Numbered from the stretch's first letter, positions 28,780-38,673 are shown. The stretch is DNA of 64,000 bases from Fervidicoccaceae archaeon (GCA_038734945.1 JAVYOA010000009.1:248001-312000), one strand, 5' to 3'. A program made the numbers and translations. The notes: generated by a model not told the origin, from the letters alone.

Positions 28780-28996
28780 ATTTTCTACTTTAGTGAAGAA
28801 TGATTTTTCGTCTGCAAAAAAGAATAGAGAATGTTAGGAACTCAAATTACTTGATTTTATGAATATGGGAAAATTTCAAGTAGGAAGCCCCTTTCTTCAT
28901 TGGAATATATGCTATGTCATGAATTTACAGCCTGATATTATTGTTCGCGCGCACGGTAATTTTAAGCTCATGCTGCATGAAAGCAGCGAAGAATTT

Positions 28997-29383
28997 TCAA
29001 GACAGATCGCTGCCTCTCTTTCTTTCCAGCCAAATCTTGAGTATCTCGCAAGTTTGTGGAGAAGGATTCTTATCAACTTCACATTCTTTTAGATATTTAC
29101 ATATGAAGCAAGGGACTTCAGAAACAGTGTTCAAGGATATCGGAATTGTAGGTATTTTTATCCTAGCAGGATAAATAATGAATTCCTCCTTGCTTCCTTG
29201 CTTCACCTTAACAACTTTAACCAGCTTTCGCTTGCTCAGCATCGTTAAAGTCTCGTTCAATTCATCGCTATCAACTTTAAAATATTTGACTAAGCTCTTC
29301 AACGATATTCCACTTGTTCCAGATGCCTCAACTATTTTCAATAGCTCCTTTTGGAAGGTCTTCTCCTCTGAAATATTTTTCAA
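28997..29383 (-). CDS. Transcription factor E beta subunit (RPC34-like, wHTH + Fe-S)
   Basis: N-terminal winged helix; C-terminal VPCFICKYLKEC...SPQTC..L..WL four-Cys motif; TTG start after GGTGA. Confidence 0.82.
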   Translation of the reverse strand: MKNISEEKTFQKELLKIVEASGTSGISLKSLVKYFKVDSDELNETLTMLSKRKLVKVVKVKQGSKEEFIIYPARIKIPTIPISLNTVSEVPCFICKYLKECEVDKNPSPQTCEILKIWLERKRGSDLS

Positions 29384-29485
29384 ATTTCTTTCACCTTTTT
29401 GCTAAACAGGAATCAATCTGAAATTCCTCAGCAGCAATATAATATTAGAAAAGTTAGGACTATTAAATTTGTGAGTTGTAAGAAT

Positions 29486-30268
29486 CTAGGAACCAAAATT
29501 TCTCCTCCTCTTTTGGTAGGACCTAATCGCTCTCCAAAGATCAATCTTTCTGAATTCAGGCCAATAAACATCGGTAAAATAGAGTTCCGAGTAAGCGCTC
29601 TGCCAAAGAAGAAAATTGCTTATCCTTTCCTCCCCGCTTGTCCTTATAATAAGATCAGGATCAGGCGAATCTTTTGTAAAAAGATAACTGCTGACCAGCT
29701 TCTCATCTATTTCATCAATTCGCAATTTTCCACTGCTGAAGTCTCTGGCAATTGACTTGATTGCTTCAATAATTTCATATCTTCCTCCATAGCAAACAGC
29801 TATGTTGAGCAACCTTTCTCCATGATTAGCCGTAGCTATCTCCACCTCCCTGGCGAGCCGCTTCACATCATCCGGAATCAAAGATTCATTCCCTATTACC
29901 CTGACTTTAACTTTGGAATCATAAATTCTTCTTTCCTCCTTTATCTTTTTCAAGGCTTCAGTGAGGAGGAAAAAAATATGCTCTCTTTCTTCTTTGCTCC
30001 TTTTTATGCAATTTTCCGTAGAAAGAACATAGATCGTGACAACTTTTACTCCAAGATCCCATATCCACTGCAGAACATCCTGAGCCCTCTCATATCCTAC
30101 TCTATGACCTATGAACTCTTCAAGTCCCTGCCTTCTTGCCCATCTCCTGTTTCCATCTGGTATTATTGCGATGTGTTGAGGCATGTCCTTGTTCTTTATT
30201 TGACTCCACAAGTACTTCTCATATATACGATAGATCGGCTTAATTGCTTTCTCTACTATTTTCTCCAT
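29486..30268 (-). CDS. uppS: cis-prenyltransferase (UppS family)
   Basis: PQHIAIIPDGNRRWA, STEN, YGGRYEI, PDLIIRTSGEERISNFLLWQ, RNFG. Confidence 0.96.
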   Translation of the reverse strand: MEKIVEKAIKPIYRIYEKYLWSQIKNKDMPQHIAIIPDGNRRWARRQGLEEFIGHRVGYERAQDVLQWIWDLGVKVVTIYVLSTENCIKRSKEEREHIFFLLTEALKKIKEERRIYDSKVKVRVIGNESLIPDDVKRLAREVEIATANHGERLLNIAVCYGGRYEIIEAIKSIARDFSSGKLRIDEIDEKLVSSYLFTKDSPDPDLIIRTSGEERISNFLLWQSAYSELYFTDVYWPEFRKIDLWRAIRSYQKRRRNFGS

Positions 30269-30397
30269 CTTTGACAAAGCAGGGCACGCTCTGTTGCTTG
30301 CTTTCAAATCCTTTTCAGTATTCTATCCAAATAAGCTTTTAAGATGAGGAATCCTTAAAAACCTGGTTTATTTATGAGTAGCTGGAGGGAAGCAGTT

Positions 30398-30784
30398 ATG
30401 GGGATATATCAGGAAAATGACCTAAAGAAACCCAGCGGAGGAAGAAGGAGAAGAAATTATAAAGTTAAAAGGAAGGCCCTACTAGGGAGAAACCCCACAG
30501 AAACCAAGCTTGCCCAAGAGGATGATAGGATTAGAGAAAGAGTAAGAGGAGGCGGTTTCAAGATAAGGCTGAAGAAAGCTAGCAAGGCAGTAGTCGTTGA
30601 TAAAAAGGAAAACAGAGTGAAAGTTGAAAAAATTCTGAGGGTTATTGAAACTCCGAGCAATAAGGAATATGCTAGGAGAGGGATCATAACAAAAGGATCC
30701 ATAATAGAAGTTGAGTCTGGGAAAGCTATCGTAGTTTCAAGACCTGGTCAGGATGGAGTAATCAATGCCATTTTAATGAAGTAA
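30398..30784 (+). CDS. rps8e: 30S ribosomal protein S8e
   Basis: MGIYQENDLKKPSGG, RVRGGG, IITKG, SRPGQDGVINA. Confidence 0.97.
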   Translation: MGIYQENDLKKPSGGRRRRNYKVKRKALLGRNPTETKLAQEDDRIRERVRGGGFKIRLKKASKAVVVDKKENRVKVEKILRVIETPSNKEYARRGIITKGSIIEVESGKAIVVSRPGQDGVINAILMK

Positions 30785-30819
30785 TCAAACTGCAAAAAGA
30801 CCTCCAAGGATACGCTCCT

Positions 30820-31137
30820 ATGAGCAGCTCTAGAAAATTCATTGGGAAAAAAGTGATTATTTACCCCTCAAATTTGGACTCCTCTCAATCCAAAGGTAAG
30901 GGAAGAAAGATTTCTATTTCGAATGCAGTTTCAAAACCTTCCGTGAAGGAAATTATTATGGCAGCCGAGAGGCTTGGATTGGAGCCCATTCTTGAGCAGA
31001 AAAAATATCCAAGGAAGTGGTGGGAAGAAACTGAGAGAGTTGTTGTTAACAAGGCTGGAAGCAAGAGAGATATATTGAAAAGAATTTCAGCTGAGCTGAA
31101 GAGAATAAGAGAAGAAAAGTCATTATCTTCCCAGTAA
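30820..31137 (+). CDS. srp19: Signal recognition particle 19 kDa protein
   Basis: IIYPSNLDS..KGRKI, AVSKPSVKEI, KKYPRKWWE; follows rps8e. Confidence 0.92.
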   Translation: MSSSRKFIGKKVIIYPSNLDSSQSKGKGRKISISNAVSKPSVKEIIMAAERLGLEPILEQKKYPRKWWEETERVVVNKAGSKRDILKRISAELKRIREEKSLSSQ

Positions 31138-31250
31138 TGGTTCCTTCTGTTCGGGCTCTGGGAAACCTCATTATCAAAGTCCTATTGCCTAAGCCTTTGC
31201 CCTCTACTATTTAAATTTATCTTTTTGTAATACTTTGAACCCAAATAGGA

Positions 31251-31308
31251 ATTACCGATTTTTGCTCAATAATTAGGAAAATTGTCTAACTCTCGGTAAA
31301 TCGGTAAT
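31251..31308. repeat. 11-bp perfect inverted repeat upstream of gar1-tfb
   Basis: ATTACCGATTT (31251-31261) and AAATCGGTAAT (31298-31308), 36-nt spacer; TCGGTAA also repeated in tandem at 31293 and 31301. Confidence 0.6.
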
Positions 31309-31367
31309 ACCCATCAAACTAGTTTTAAACCAAAAATTCTATAATTCGAATACGGGCGTGGCCTTCA

Positions 31368-31637
31368 ATGAAGTTAAAGGGAAGGGTTGAGAAGGCTATT
31401 AACGGAAAAAGATTTCTAATTGCACTCGAAAATGAAAAGATCCCCGAGCTGGGAGACGCTGTTCTTTCTCCAGATATGATGCTCATAGGAAAAGTAGTAG
31501 ATGTTCTGGGGAAGGTTACATCCCCCCATGTTCTAGCTGTTACAATAAGGCCAGATATAGATCCAGGCAAATTGATTGGAAGGGATGTGCTGATAGTAAA
31601 GAAATCGGTTGGAAGGCCACCCCGGAGGAGAAAATAA
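31368..31637 (+). CDS. gar1: H/ACA RNP protein Gar1
   Basis: IGKVVDVLGKVTSPHVLA motif, basic tail, upstream of tfb. Confidence 0.85.
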   Translation: MKLKGRVEKAINGKRFLIALENEKIPELGDAVLSPDMMLIGKVVDVLGKVTSPHVLAVTIRPDIDPGKLIGRDVLIVKKSVGRPPRRRK

Positions 31638-31639
31638 GC

Positions 31640-32536
31640 TTGTCAAGCATGTCCACTAGCAGTAATAATTGCCCAGATATAATTGTGGATCAAGAGAGAG
31701 GAGAAATAATTTGCTTGTCAACAGGTGAAGTTCTCGGTAGCATATTAGATTCAGGTCCTGAGTGGAGGGAATTCGAGAGTGGAGAGGGAAAGCGTAGATC
31801 GAGAGTTGGTTCTCCTTTAACTAATTCCATGCATGACTATGGGATTTCAACTACAATAAGTGAGCAGGATATAAGAAAGTTGAATTTTTCTCAGAGAAAG
31901 AAAATGTACATGCTAAGAAGAAGAATAGCATCTACGCGCATGAGAGAGAACAAAAGAATGATCTCGGCACTGACCCTATTGAAAGAAGAAGCATCAAGAC
32001 TTCAGTTGCCTCAAGTAGTCATAGAAACAGCTTCATTGTTAATGAGGAAAGTTGTTGAAGCAGGATTAGGAAGAGGAGAAAAGATAAGAGCATACGCTGC
32101 AGCTGCCTTATATATCTCATGCAAGTTAGCCAAAATTCCAAGATCTTTCGCCCATCTTGCCAGTGTCATGGAAGTCGATGAAGAAAGTGTTAGATATGCA
32201 TATAGAAAAATAGTGGAGCTCAGCGGAGGGAAAATAAATGCCAAGGTCTCAAAGCCGATAGAATATGTCCCATCTTTCGTGAAAGTCCTTTCCCTAAGCA
32301 AGGGTACAGAAAAGCTCATGTATAGGCTCTCTAATGCTGTCGAGAGGACGAACATGCTTCAAGGCAAATCTCCAATTGCTGTGGCAGCTGCCATAGCATA
32401 CATATCTTCTGCTATAATGGGAGAAAAGAGAAATCAGAGAGATATTGCTTCAGCCTTTGGAACATTCACAGATGTGGCCGTGAGAAATAGATACAGAGAC
32501 ATTGTAGACAACCTCTATATAGAAGTTATCCTATAG
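31640..32536 (+). CDS. tfb: Transcription initiation factor IIB paralogue
   Basis: DQERGEIICLSTGEV, DSGPEWREF B-reader, SRVGSP, two cyclin folds, GKSPIAVAAA, TDVAVRNRY. Confidence 0.93.
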   Translation: MSSMSTSSNNCPDIIVDQERGEIICLSTGEVLGSILDSGPEWREFESGEGKRRSRVGSPLTNSMHDYGISTTISEQDIRKLNFSQRKKMYMLRRRIASTRMRENKRMISALTLLKEEASRLQLPQVVIETASLLMRKVVEAGLGRGEKIRAYAAAALYISCKLAKIPRSFAHLASVMEVDEESVRYAYRKIVELSGGKINAKVSKPIEYVPSFVKVLSLSKGTEKLMYRLSNAVERTNMLQGKSPIAVAAAIAYISSAIMGEKRNQRDIASAFGTFTDVAVRNRYRDIVDNLYIEVIL

Positions 32537-32553
32537 CAAGAATTTCTGAGAAG

Positions 32554-33651
32554 CTATTTCTCGAAGTACTTTTTCTCAATATAAGTTATTGCCACAGTTA
32601 GCAATCCTGCTGCTCCAATACCTATAACGAGGATATCGAGAAAACCAGAGCTGAATATTGCTGTATGGAGAGCATCAAGTGTGGTCTTTTCTGTTCTCGA
32701 TGATAGAGCATCACCGAATCTCATAAATGCAAAGACAAATATCAGCGTGAGAATCATTCCTATTATATCCCTCCATACTTTTATGCTTCTGTTTATCAAC
32801 TTAATGATGCCTCTTCCTACTAGAATGGCGAATATGCTCAGACCAAAGATTGGAGATGAATTCTCTATGGCAGAGCCCACAGAATATATTGATGGGGAAG
32901 AAGATACAGTATAGAAGAATAGGACTGTTCCAGTAACTATCAAGATTGTTGCCACACTTGAAGATACAAACATGATAGGGCTGCTTGCCCAATATTCGTA
33001 TATTTTTTCCTCCAAATTGAAACCTCTCACAATCATCGCTCCGCTCAAAATAATACCAATTACAAGAGTGGCATACTGCAAATATCCGATGAAGCTCAAT
33101 ATAACTAATGAGAGCAGTAAAATTCCGGGAACTCCCAGAAAAATTCTAGAAAATCTCGGCTCAAATATGGCTTTTCTTATATATTTGCCCAAAAGTATAT
33201 ATGTTTCTTCCACTCCTCTCAGTTGCTCTACAACAACCCTTCGTACAGAGATAATTGGAATAATTGACTGAAGGACAGGTATAATTACTTCATCTTCTGT
33301 ACCATCACTTATTACTATAGCTCCATCTACCGACAGTTCGCGCTTGAGCCTCTCAACATCATTTCTTATTCTGAGATCTCCCTTCACAGGATCACTCTCA
33401 TCTCCAGCAACAAGGGCTATTTCTGTATTGTATCCTTCTTTGATCATTTTTTCTAGGAGCTGAAGTCCTGAAAACATCACATTCAGGTCGCTATCCTCAG
33501 GTGAATGTTTTGCAAATTCTATTGCTGCTTTAAGAAGCTCCTCTTTTCCTATGATGGGTGCCTTCAGCCCTGTGTACTTCTCAATATCATTATCTCTATC
33601 AATCACCAGAAGCAGTATCTTTTTCTCTGACAATCTCTTCACTCTCTGCAT
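32554..33651 (-). CDS. DUF373-like membrane protein
   Basis: VIDRDNDI, PEDSDLN, ISDGTEDE, VVVEQ..GVEETY, C-terminal TM helices. Confidence 0.85.
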   Translation of the reverse strand: MQRVKRLSEKKILLLVIDRDNDIEKYTGLKAPIIGKEELLKAAIEFAKHSPEDSDLNVMFSGLQLLEKMIKEGYNTEIALVAGDESDPVKGDLRIRNDVERLKRELSVDGAIVISDGTEDEVIIPVLQSIIPIISVRRVVVEQLRGVEETYILLGKYIRKAIFEPRFSRIFLGVPGILLLSLVILSFIGYLQYATLVIGIILSGAMIVRGFNLEEKIYEYWASSPIMFVSSSVATILIVTGTVLFFYTVSSSPSIYSVGSAIENSSPIFGLSIFAILVGRGIIKLINRSIKVWRDIIGMILTLIFVFAFMRFGDALSSRTEKTTLDALHTAIFSSGFLDILVIGIGAAGLLTVAITYIEKKYFEK

Positions 33652-33705
33652 ATTTGAAGATTTTTACCATTTAACAATTTCCTCTGCAGAGTTGAAATAA
33701 AATTT

Positions 33706-34341
33706 TCATTTCAACACTTTTCCTGTTTCCAAATACCATAAATATAAGTCGAGCGCGTCGAGGCCTATCTTCATTCTGGAGGCAATACCTTCTAAAATTG
33801 TCTCTATCTCTAGATATTTTTTCTTGGTTAGCGTTTTTGGTCTTTCATATATTCTATATCTCTCAAGAAGGTCGAGGATATGGAAATCTATTATCGCAAC
33901 ATCAGAAAAACCCACGTTTCTAAGAAAGTGACTTGCTTCTTTTAGCCCGATTCCATTCACCCTCTCAACCAACCAATTCCTTTTAGCCTTCCCCGATCCC
34001 TTTAACTTAACTAACTTGCAAATCTCATTGAGGAGAGGCCTATTTCTAACTATGAATTCTGCTCTCTTTTCAGGGAATCTATGACCAAGCTCTCTGAGAG
34101 TCTTGGTCAGTTGGGAATAAGAGAGGGTTAAAAAACCCCGCCCCAAGACTCTTTGAATATATATGCTTCTCTCTGCTGAAAAATTCGCTGTGAGAATGCA
34201 GAAGGATAGCTCAGAGAAAATATCCTCACAGCTCCCCTCCTCGCCGAGCTTCTTGAATTCCTCTAGCCTGCTCTGAACCAATCTCTTCACACTTTCATCT
34301 TCGAGCAGCTTCTTCACTGACTCTTCAAGAGAGCTCTCCAT
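33706..34341 (-). CDS. ogg: 8-oxoguanine DNA glycosylase/AP lyase
   Basis: ELSFCILTAN, GHRFP, GIGLKEASHFLRNVG, AIIDFHI, LDLYLWYLETGKVLK. Confidence 0.95.
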   Translation of the reverse strand: MESSLEESVKKLLEDESVKRLVQSRLEEFKKLGEEGSCEDIFSELSFCILTANFSAERSIYIQRVLGRGFLTLSYSQLTKTLRELGHRFPEKRAEFIVRNRPLLNEICKLVKLKGSGKAKRNWLVERVNGIGLKEASHFLRNVGFSDVAIIDFHILDLLERYRIYERPKTLTKKKYLEIETILEGIASRMKIGLDALDLYLWYLETGKVLK

Positions 34342-34411
34342 AAAAACCCCTTGCTTCCTTTCTGGCCTCTTTCCCGCTCTAAAGGAAGAGGCTTTCAGGT
34401 TATTAAAAAAA

Positions 34412-35185
34412 TTAGGAAAGAACTATTCCTCCATCAATCACAACAACGCTTCCGTTCATGTAAGATGAGTCTTCAGATGCCAAGAAAGCAACTAAGTTCG
34501 CTATCTCGTTCGGCTCAGCAAATCTACCAAGGGGGATTCTCTGCGAATTAACCTTCTCAAATTGCTCAAGCGTCAGATTAGATGCTTTTGCTGCTCTCTC
34601 AACCATGGGTGTTCTAACCCAACCAGGAGCAACTGCATTAACCCTTATTTTGTACTTGCCAAGCTCCAATGCCGACAACTTCGTGAGCATTATTACTCCT
34701 GCCTTGGATACTGAGTAAGGAAAAGCTCCAGCCAGAGGCTTTATGCCTGCCACAGAAGCTATGTTGACTATAGAACCCCCACCCCTTGATATCATATGTG
34801 GGGCAACATATTTTATCATAAACCAAATGCCCTTCAAATTAACATTCATCACTTTGTCGAACCATTCAGTGGAAGTTTCCAGGATTGAAGCTGGTGGAGG
34901 CTCAATACCTGCATTGTTTATGAGTACATCAATTCCTCCAAATTTTTCCACCACGGAATTTACTACTTGCTTTACACTTGACTCATCCGAGACATCTAGT
35001 TTTATGAACTCTGCCTTTTTACCAAGAGATTTTATATAATCAACAGTTTCTTTTCCGCCTTTTTCAGAAATATCAAGCACAGCGACTGCAGATCCCAGAG
35101 AAGCGAGCTTTATCGATATTGCCCTTCCAATGCCGCTCCCCCCTCCTGTCACAACTGAAACCTTTCCTTCTAAGTTCATTTCCAT
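34412..35185 (-). CDS. Short-chain dehydrogenase/reductase
   Basis: TGGGSGIG, NNAG, YSVSK, VNAVAPG. Confidence 0.93.
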   Translation of the reverse strand: MEMNLEGKVSVVTGGGSGIGRAISIKLASLGSAVAVLDISEKGGKETVDYIKSLGKKAEFIKLDVSDESSVKQVVNSVVEKFGGIDVLINNAGIEPPPASILETSTEWFDKVMNVNLKGIWFMIKYVAPHMISRGGGSIVNIASVAGIKPLAGAFPYSVSKAGVIMLTKLSALELGKYKIRVNAVAPGWVRTPMVERAAKASNLTLEQFEKVNSQRIPLGRFAEPNEIANLVAFLASEDSSYMNGSVVVIDGGIVLS

Positions 35186-35354
35186 CGCCTATGCTCTTTT
35201 TTTACTATAAAATTAATAATAATCTTTTTCTACATATTTCTACTGCTCTATTTAAGATGGAAAAAGAAGGAGAAGCAATAAAGGCAAATATCAACAGAAT
35301 GAATTATAAACCTCATAGAAAAGATATTTAAATGAATAGCCTGGGGGATATAAA

Positions 35355-35519
35355 TTGCCAAGCCACGGATCGCTTACTAAGGCTGGAAAGGTTAGAAACC
35401 AAACTCCAAAAATTGAGCCAAAGGGAAAGAAGAACAAACCACCGAAAGTTAGAAATAGAATTGAATATTTTGTACGAGTCATAAAGCCTACATTGAAAGC
35501 AGCCCCATCCAGAAGATGA
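35355..35519 (+). CDS. rps30e: 30S ribosomal protein S30e (54 aa, below ORF-track cutoff)
   Basis: TTG start; [38 protein letters not shown]... Confidence 0.96.
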   Translation: MPSHGSLTKAGKVRNQTPKIEPKGKKNKPPKVRNRIEYFVRVIKPTLKAAPSRR

Positions 35520-35554
35520 AGTCATGAAATTGAAGTAAGCAGGAAGATAGTATC

Positions 35555-35839
35555 TTGCCGTGCAGACTATCACCAAGGAGAATTTTGAGGGCTTTCGCAG
35601 TAGGTAGTCTTATCTCATTTTTCGGCTTTTTTGGGGTTCTTTTATCCTTCACCCTCATTAAGCTCATCTATTTAGCTTTTTCCTCAGAAATGCTCATTAT
35701 TGTCATTCTCAGATTTCTGGCTTCTGGGCTCATCATTCTCCTTTGGCTCGTTCTATGGTGGAAAACAACTTTATACATCAGGAACACTCTAATCAGGAAA
35801 ATGAGCAGGGATGATGAGAAAGGGGGATACCAGCGCTAG
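35555..35839 (+). CDS. Small two-TM membrane protein
   Basis: Two hydrophobic segments, downstream of rps30e. Confidence 0.65.
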   Translation: MPCRLSPRRILRAFAVGSLISFFGFFGVLLSFTLIKLIYLAFSSEMLIIVILRFLASGLIILLWLVLWWKTTLYIRNTLIRKMSRDDEKGGYQR

Positions 35840-35874
35840 AATTACAAGATGTGGAAAATGGTAGCCCCTGACCT
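35807..35874 (+). ncRNA. Candidate box C/D guide sRNA
   Basis: C ATGATGA 35811-35817, D CTGA 35868-35871, terminal AGG/CCT stem, C'-like ATGTGGA 35849-35855 followed by a 12-nt guide; D' degenerate. Confidence 0.65.
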
Positions 35875-36018
35875 AAATGATATTCCATCTTTTCTACAAG
35901 CACAACAGCTTTTCTCGAATATTTCAAAAATAGACTCATGTATTGCCATTTAGTTGTAAAATATATATGTTAGCATTATACTTAATTAATTAATAGGAAT
36001 CCCTGAGGACGGAAAGTA

Positions 36019-36939
36019 TTGATCGGAATAATATCGCACTGGGATATAGATGGCATTGCTTCGGCAGCAATGTTAGCCACTACTCTTGGAGTATCGAAAG
36101 ACAACATAAGGCTTTCAAGTACAACTAAGACGCATTATTATTTAAAGGAGCTCAAAAAAGCCAGAGCGAAGGAAATATACATAGCAGATCTCAATCCCGG
36201 ACCGGATATAGCTGAACTGATCCTCAAGGAAACTACTAAAAAATGTCAGACAAGAATTCACTGGATAGATCACCATCTTTGGGATGACGATACTCTAGAA
36301 ACACTAAAGCTCTGCTCAAACATAGAGCTCATTTTATCTCCTAGCGCTGAATGCACATCGAAACTTATAAGCCAAACAGTTCTTAGAGGCTATGATATTC
36401 CCAGCCACTTGCTTGACCTCATGAATCTAGCAGAGGACGATGATACATATTCAAACAAGTACGAATTAACTCCAAAATGGAGAATAATTTTGAGATGGGG
36501 CGATTGGGAAATTAGATATAAAACCCTGGAGAGCTGGATAGATGGATATATTTGGCCTAAATGGGCGCAGGAGTTCTATGAAAAGGCCCACAGAGAGTAT
36601 AGAGAACTCATGGAAAAGGCAATAGGAACAGCAGAATACTCACTATTTGATGAAAAGAGAATAATCTTTCTCTACCCAAGCGAAAAGATTCATCCTGGAG
36701 ATCTGCAGAGATTTGTTGAGGAAAGAAGCGGTTCAAAAGCAGATGTCTATGTTTTTGTTTATAAAAAGGGAATTAGCTTGAGAAGCAAAACAGTAGATGT
36801 ATCTCTCCTTGCAAAGGCAATGGGCGGTGGAGGACATAAATATGCAGCAGGAGTTATTCTGAGAGAGCCTCTAGAAGATAAGGAGAGCATAAAGCAAAGG
36901 ATAGTCTCTATTTTCAAAAAGATCTATCAGAGAAAGTGA
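36019..36939 (+). CDS. DHH/DHHA1 family phosphoesterase
   Basis: SHWDIDG, IADL, WIDHH, ISLRS, GGGGHKYAAG. Confidence 0.92.
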   Translation: MIGIISHWDIDGIASAAMLATTLGVSKDNIRLSSTTKTHYYLKELKKARAKEIYIADLNPGPDIAELILKETTKKCQTRIHWIDHHLWDDDTLETLKLCSNIELILSPSAECTSKLISQTVLRGYDIPSHLLDLMNLAEDDDTYSNKYELTPKWRIILRWGDWEIRYKTLESWIDGYIWPKWAQEFYEKAHREYRELMEKAIGTAEYSLFDEKRIIFLYPSEKIHPGDLQRFVEERSGSKADVYVFVYKKGISLRSKTVDVSLLAKAMGGGGHKYAAGVILREPLEDKESIKQRIVSIFKKIYQRK

Positions 36940-36945
36940 AATTAA

Positions 36946-37749
36946 TTATTTACCGACTAGCTTTGCCTCCGCAATAGTCTTGCAAAGCTGAGCAAAACCG
37001 TATCCACTATCGTAATCAGTGACAATCTCTACCCTCTCCCTGAGCTCAGGATCTCCATTAGCGACTGAAACCTTTATTCCAACCTCTCTTATGAAGTCCC
37101 AATCCATTATGCTATCTCCAATTCCAACGATTTCCTCCAGGCCGAGATCGAACATTGATAACAGGATCTTCAGACCATTTAGCTTTCCAGCACCTCTTGG
37201 TGTTAGATGGACAGCATACCCGCTGTAATTAACATCCACCTTGTCATGGAACCCTTCCTTTTCCAGTATTTGCTTCACATAGCTTACAATTTCTTCTTTA
37301 CTCAAAGAACTATTTAGAACCTCGAGGGCAAAATCGAATTTTCTGAAATCATTCTGCCAAGATTCTCTGAACAAGGCAGGGAGCTTCTCTGCCACTATTT
37401 TGGCTGCTTCTCTGAAGGACTCCCTGCAGATCTCCTTTATTTGTGGCCTCTTCACAGATTCATCGATTCTAGCAACTATGCATCCATTCTCAGCAACAAC
37501 TCCATCAAATCCAAGGTATCTTGCTATTCCAAATACTATTGGAAAAGCATTGGCAGATACTAGAAATATCTTCACACCAGCCTTCTTTACCAGGAAGGCA
37601 CCTTCTATTGCTTCAGGAGGTATACGATATCCTTTCCTGTTCTCTGTTAGTGTTCCATCCAGGTCTGTTGCGAGACCCCTAGCAAATGACAGCTTCTCAA
37701 CCAGCTTCATTCCCCTGGTAATGCGCTCTACCATCGCTGTTTCCCTCAT
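36946..37749 (-). CDS. HAD IIB phosphoglycolate phosphatase-like
   Basis: DLDGTLT, VVAENG, SGYAVHL, GIGDSIMD, VANG. Confidence 0.9.
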   Translation of the reverse strand: MRETAMVERITRGMKLVEKLSFARGLATDLDGTLTENRKGYRIPPEAIEGAFLVKKAGVKIFLVSANAFPIVFGIARYLGFDGVVAENGCIVARIDESVKRPQIKEICRESFREAAKIVAEKLPALFRESWQNDFRKFDFALEVLNSSLSKEEIVSYVKQILEKEGFHDKVDVNYSGYAVHLTPRGAGKLNGLKILLSMFDLGLEEIVGIGDSIMDWDFIREVGIKVSVANGDPELRERVEIVTDYDSGYGFAQLCKTIAEAKLVGK

Positions 37750-37812
37750 AAATAGGAAACTATTTTCAAGAGAGCACTAATCTTTAAAAACCTTTAAGCA
37801 ATATGTATTTAT

Positions 37813-37941
37813 CGGTCCGGGCCGGCCATAGCGGCTGGGCAACACCCGGTCTCGTCAGATCCCGGAAGTTAAGCCGGCCGCGTTGGGGCTCCCAGTGAGC
37901 GCCGAGAGGGCTCGCAGGGACCCCAAGCTGGTGCCGGACCG
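37813..37941 (+). rRNA. rrf: 5S rRNA (stand-alone)
   Basis: GC-rich island with GGCCATAGCGG, CACCCGG, CCCGGAAGTTAAGCC; terminal stem CGGTCCGG/CCGGACCG; TTTAAA box about 25 nt upstream; exact mature ends uncertain. Confidence 0.96.
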
Positions 37942-38112
37942 CTATATTTTCATTTTCAGCGAAAGGAGAAGAGCAGTAATCAAAATCGCGGTTTCCACAA
38001 AATGTCTTCTATCTTTCGTTAACACATATGCAATTATGCTCATAGCTAGTGCAACGATTACGAAGAAAATTGTTATCATGCTCAACGCTCTTCCTGCTCT
38101 TCTCAAACTCAT
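37942..38112 (-). CDS. Small two-TM membrane protein (56 aa, missed by ORF track)
   Basis: MSLRRAGRALSMITIFFVIVALAMSIIAYVLTKDRRHFVETAILITALLLSLKMKI; ATG with upstream GGAG; fills the gap between lrp and 5S. Confidence 0.6.
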   Translation of the reverse strand: MSLRRAGRALSMITIFFVIVALAMSIIAYVLTKDRRHFVETAILITALLLSLKMKI

Positions 38113-38187
38113 ATAGGGATACTCTCCAATTTGTGAACTTATTTCATTTTTTATTCAAATTCAAAATCAAAAATATTCAAGAACAAG

Positions 38188-38673
38188 CTATAGTGGTACA
38201 TGGGGGTGCATTTCCTTCACAACCCTCAATGCTATGCTCGTCGTGGTTTTCTTCACATGTGGATTTCTCAATGTATCTTTGACAAATTTATCCAGCTCCT
38301 CTATGCTTCTGAATCTGGCAACAGCCAGAATATCGAATTCCCCAGTAATGTCATAAAGGAATATGACATTTTGCTTGGAGGAAAGCTGCTTCTCTATTTC
38401 TTCTAAATAGGGACCTTCAACGCTGAAGTGTATAATGGCAGTTATTTTATAGCCAAGCTTCTCGTGGTCTAAGTCCAAAGTGTATCCCCTAATTATCCCG
38501 AGCTGCTCTAGCCTTCTTATTCTAGAGAATGCTGTCGATATTGGTATTCCGGCTACCTCGGAAATTTCCTTGAGACTTCCTCTTGCATTTCTTGCAAGGG
38601 CTTCAAGGATCTTGAGATCAACTTCTTCCAATACGAGCTCTTCAACTTCTTTTTTCCTTGGCATTGCTGGCAC
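38188..38673 (-). CDS. Lrp/AsnC family transcriptional regulator
   Basis: LEEVDLKILEALARNAR, RIRRLEQLGIIRGY, ITGEFD. Confidence 0.93.
   Translation of the reverse strand: MPAMPRKKEVEELVLEEVDLKILEALARNARGSLKEISEVAGIPISTAFSRIRRLEQLGIIRGYTLDLDHEKLGYKITAIIHFSVEGPYLEEIEKQLSSKQNVIFLYDITGEFDILAVARFRSIEELDKFVKDTLRNPHVKKTTTSIALRVVKEMHPHVPL

Noticed and set aside
31151..31163. TCGGGCTCTGGGA resembling a tRNA-Gln(CTG) anticodon arm (possible missing 5' half)
   Set aside because: No AGCCGGG acceptor strand, no D-arm and no trailer complementary to the leader.
37883..38116. 77-aa plus-strand ORF
   Set aside because: It starts inside the 5S rRNA and is the antisense shadow of the small minus-strand ORF.
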